From positions 128,001 through 192,000 of the IMG/VR virus record IMGVR_UViG_3300045988_126112: 64,000 nt of DNA; one strand, 5' to 3'. This document shows, piece by piece, positions 61,673-64,000 of this stretch. A program made the position numbers and the translations under genes. The stretch's first letter is position 1; each line of letters starts with the position of its first letter. Below the pieces are notes generated by a model that was not told the DNA's origin, searched no databases, and worked only from the letters and a program-made list of their open reading frames with translations. This DNA comes from a virus.

Positions 61673-63932
61673 ATTCATTATCCTCCTTTCCTAATTTGTT
61701 AGTTTTATTAGAATCATAATCTATTAATACACTTCCTGATTTATCTTTATCTTCAAATCTATCTTCAGTAGCGAATAAGAAATCTTCACCCTTATTAATG
61801 AAAGGTCTTTCATAATAATCTGAAGCAATTTTTTCTAATATATATTTCATATTAATTTCTGCTGCAGTAATATCAGTTTCTTTATTGCTAACATTAATAT
61901 CTTGAATAATTTTCTTATATTCAGGTATAGTTAATTTATCAATTATTTGAGTCATTAAATCAGTAGTATTTTCAAACATTTCAGCAAGTAATTCATCTTC
62001 TTTGATGTGTTGTATAATAGAAAGATTGTAAACTGAACCTGGGTCAGTAGTTAATTTCAATCTATTTTGATCAACATCATAAATCCAATCTCTAGGTATT
62101 TTCTTTCCGTTAACAAATATAAAGTTTAAATCTTTACTTATATTATGCTTAAATTTACTCTTGTCTACAATTATATCTCCAGTAGTATCAAGATTTGGAC
62201 TGAACTCTATTTCTTTCATTTCGTCAGGCAGATAGAAAATTTCAACTATATCATTTTCTTTTAATAGCATATTTATATATACAGAATTATCATCAAATGG
62301 AGTTGAAGGAGATGGTACAATAATTCTATAATTATTACTACCTATTCTTCTTCCATTTACACAAATCATATATTGATCTTTATTATCACAGAATTTAAAT
62401 TCTTCAGGTAATATAAAATCTACTCTATCATATTCACATTTTACATATAAATATCTGAATTGTCTTTCTGATACTAAAAATAATCTTTTATCATAATAGA
62501 AAGGATTATCAGGATAGATTGTATAAGTACCATTATCCATTCTTTCATAATTAAATCCAATTTGATATTGTTTATCTGGTTGAATTTCTATATTATAATC
62601 TAAATGCTCTGGCTGCATTGTATACAATCTCATATAATTCATATTTATAGAATCGTCTAGATAATATAAATCATCTAATTTAGAACCAAATTTAATTCTT
62701 ATAGGTCTATTATCTACTTCTAAGAAATATAATATCTCCATAGTATCATCATTTTTAACATCTTTTAATGGAAAAGTAAAATTCTTACCATTATAAGATA
62801 ATTCATGATAGTATTTATACAGTTCTCCATTATGGAAAAGTACTACATAGCTATGTATATTACCATTTATTCTTCTAGACATAGTAACCATTCCAGATTT
62901 AGCCATTTGTTTTAATTCTAAACCAGTATATATAAAAGATTTAGTTTTATCCATCTTCTCATAAGCCCTATTCATTAGTCCTGAATTATATTCCATTACA
63001 TAATTTAAAGCTCTAAGAATATTATCTCTATAAGTATCCGTAATATTAAATTCAAAATTGAATTTTTTATTGAATCTATTTAAATACCCAGGAATTCTGT
63101 TATTATTAAGAAGAACATCGTTAGATATTTTTCGTTTATCCATGAATACTTTACTATTATTACGTCTTAAATTAGCTTTACTATAGAAGAATCCTTTAGC
63201 AATATATATAGTATCAAGTTTATTACCATCTACTGAAAACATATTTAATCCATGATTAACAAAATTTTCTTTATATAATTTATTATCTTTAAAGATAAAT
63301 ATATTATTATCAGCCATTTCTCTATTAGGATTCATTTCAAAATGTTGAATAGTATTAGTTTCAAGCATTTTTTCTTCATAGTAGAAATCACAACTATCAT
63401 TAGTATCAATAGTTACGCATCTATCTATACCAGAATAATAATATCCATTTTTAAAACTAAATAGAGTCTTATCATTACATAAGCCTGCTTCATTATATAT
63501 AACTGTTTTAGGTAGCATTATCATTGTATAATCAGCATACATTTCTGTAACACCTGGAAGTAATATATAAGAATATCTACAATCTTTTATTATATAAATT
63601 TCACTCCATTTAATAAATAAACCATTTACAAAGAATAGGAATGGATATACTTTATTTCCTTTTATTAAATTGTCTAATGTATCCATATATGCAGGTTTAT
63701 ATTGATAAGTATTAAATGGTATACAATCAGTTAATAGTAAAGATACATCTTGTATACTAAATTTTCCATTTAATATTCTATGAGTATCTTTAAAATCTCC
63801 CTTTCTTATATATTTAAAATTAATCTTTGTTGGTACATTTACTCTTAAATTATTATCTATTAAATTATTAGATAGAGGACGTAATTCCTCTATCGTTTCA
63901 ACAATATATTTATTAATCTTAGTAGGTTCCAT
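61662..63932 (-). CDS. large tail/baseplate-module protein
   Basis: 756 aa. Its start overlaps the upstream stop (TAATG). I recognised no motif, so the module assignment is by context only. Confidence 0.85.
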   Translation of the reverse strand: MEPTKINKYIVETIEELRPLSNNLIDNNLRVNVPTKINFKYIRKGDFKDTHRILNGKFSIQDVSLLLTDCIPFNTYQYKPAYMDTLDNLIKGNKVYPFLFFVNGLFIKWSEIYIIKDCRYSYILLPGVTEMYADYTMIMLPKTVIYNEAGLCNDKTLFSFKNGYYYSGIDRCVTIDTNDSCDFYYEEKMLETNTIQHFEMNPNREMADNNIFIFKDNKLYKENFVNHGLNMFSVDGNKLDTIYIAKGFFYSKANLRRNNSKVFMDKRKISNDVLLNNNRIPGYLNRFNKKFNFEFNITDTYRDNILRALNYVMEYNSGLMNRAYEKMDKTKSFIYTGLELKQMAKSGMVTMSRRINGNIHSYVVLFHNGELYKYYHELSYNGKNFTFPLKDVKNDDTMEILYFLEVDNRPIRIKFGSKLDDLYYLDDSINMNYMRLYTMQPEHLDYNIEIQPDKQYQIGFNYERMDNGTYTIYPDNPFYYDKRLFLVSERQFRYLYVKCEYDRVDFILPEEFKFCDNKDQYMICVNGRRIGSNNYRIIVPSPSTPFDDNSVYINMLLKENDIVEIFYLPDEMKEIEFSPNLDTTGDIIVDKSKFKHNISKDLNFIFVNGKKIPRDWIYDVDQNRLKLTTDPGSVYNLSIIQHIKEDELLAEMFENTTDLMTQIIDKLTIPEYKKIIQDINVSNKETDITAAEINMKYILEKIASDYYERPFINKGEDFLFATEDRFEDKDKSGSVLIDYDSNKTNKLGKEDNEYEA

Positions 63933-64000
63933 TATACAGCTTCACTACCAATTCTTAGCATTCCTTTAGTAAAATCTACCATGTTTCTTCCTGTTATCTT
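63932..64000 (-). CDS. C-terminal 22 codons of an upstream gene (partial)
   Basis: Reads ..KITGRNMVDFTKGMLRIGSEAV followed by TAA, which overlaps the next ATG. Confidence 0.6.
   Translation of the reverse strand, partial: KITGRNMVDFTKGMLRIGSEAV

Overview
Very AT-rich sequence (about 27-30% G+C by eye). It is densely packed, with GGAGG-type Shine-Dalgarno sites and a hairpin plus T-run terminator after almost every gene or gene pair. I read it as part of a large tailed bacteriophage or prophage of a low-GC Gram-positive-type host. The host call is inference; the SH3b, 3D and YkuD wall enzymes fit a Clostridium- or Bacillus-like host. Layout: (1) 1-11399 is a leftward unit: a giant tape measure gene of at least 3223 codons that runs off the left edge, preceded by small Cys-rich and zinc-ribbon genes. 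(2) 11511-11817 is an anomalous 307-bp polypurine tract at the point where transcription diverges. (3) 11874-58168 is mostly rightward. It holds an RNA polymerase beta-like subunit (12212-16729); a nucleotide-metabolism cluster (Tmk-like, dUTPase, ThyX, class II RNR NrdJ); two His-rich HNH-like paralogs; an HA-domain repeat protein; a metallophosphoesterase; RNase H; an XRE HTH protein; many orphan genes; two large putative structural genes (40987-44234); a decaying tandem array of BRO-N antirepressor-like genes; an RNAP beta' middle fragment (47620-48849); an SH3b-3D lysin; a secreted SH3b L,D-transpeptidase; a family of small YD-repeat-like proteins; and an RNAP beta' N-terminal fragment carrying NADFDGD (55311-56804). 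(4) 58199-64000 is leftward again, with membrane-protein and tail-fibre-like genes. The phage therefore encodes a fragmented, dispersed multisubunit RNAP of the phiKZ/AR9 style. A short promoter-like motif, TATATTATA, recurs at least 14 times just upstream of genes. I recognised no rRNA, tRNA, CRISPR array, integrase or transposase. The most striking unexplained signals are the polypurine tract, a covarying hairpin-repeat family around the BRO array, homologous hairpin pairs bracketing single accessory genes, and a four-hairpin leader upstream of the tape measure gene. All coordinates and counts were made by hand from the printed sequence.
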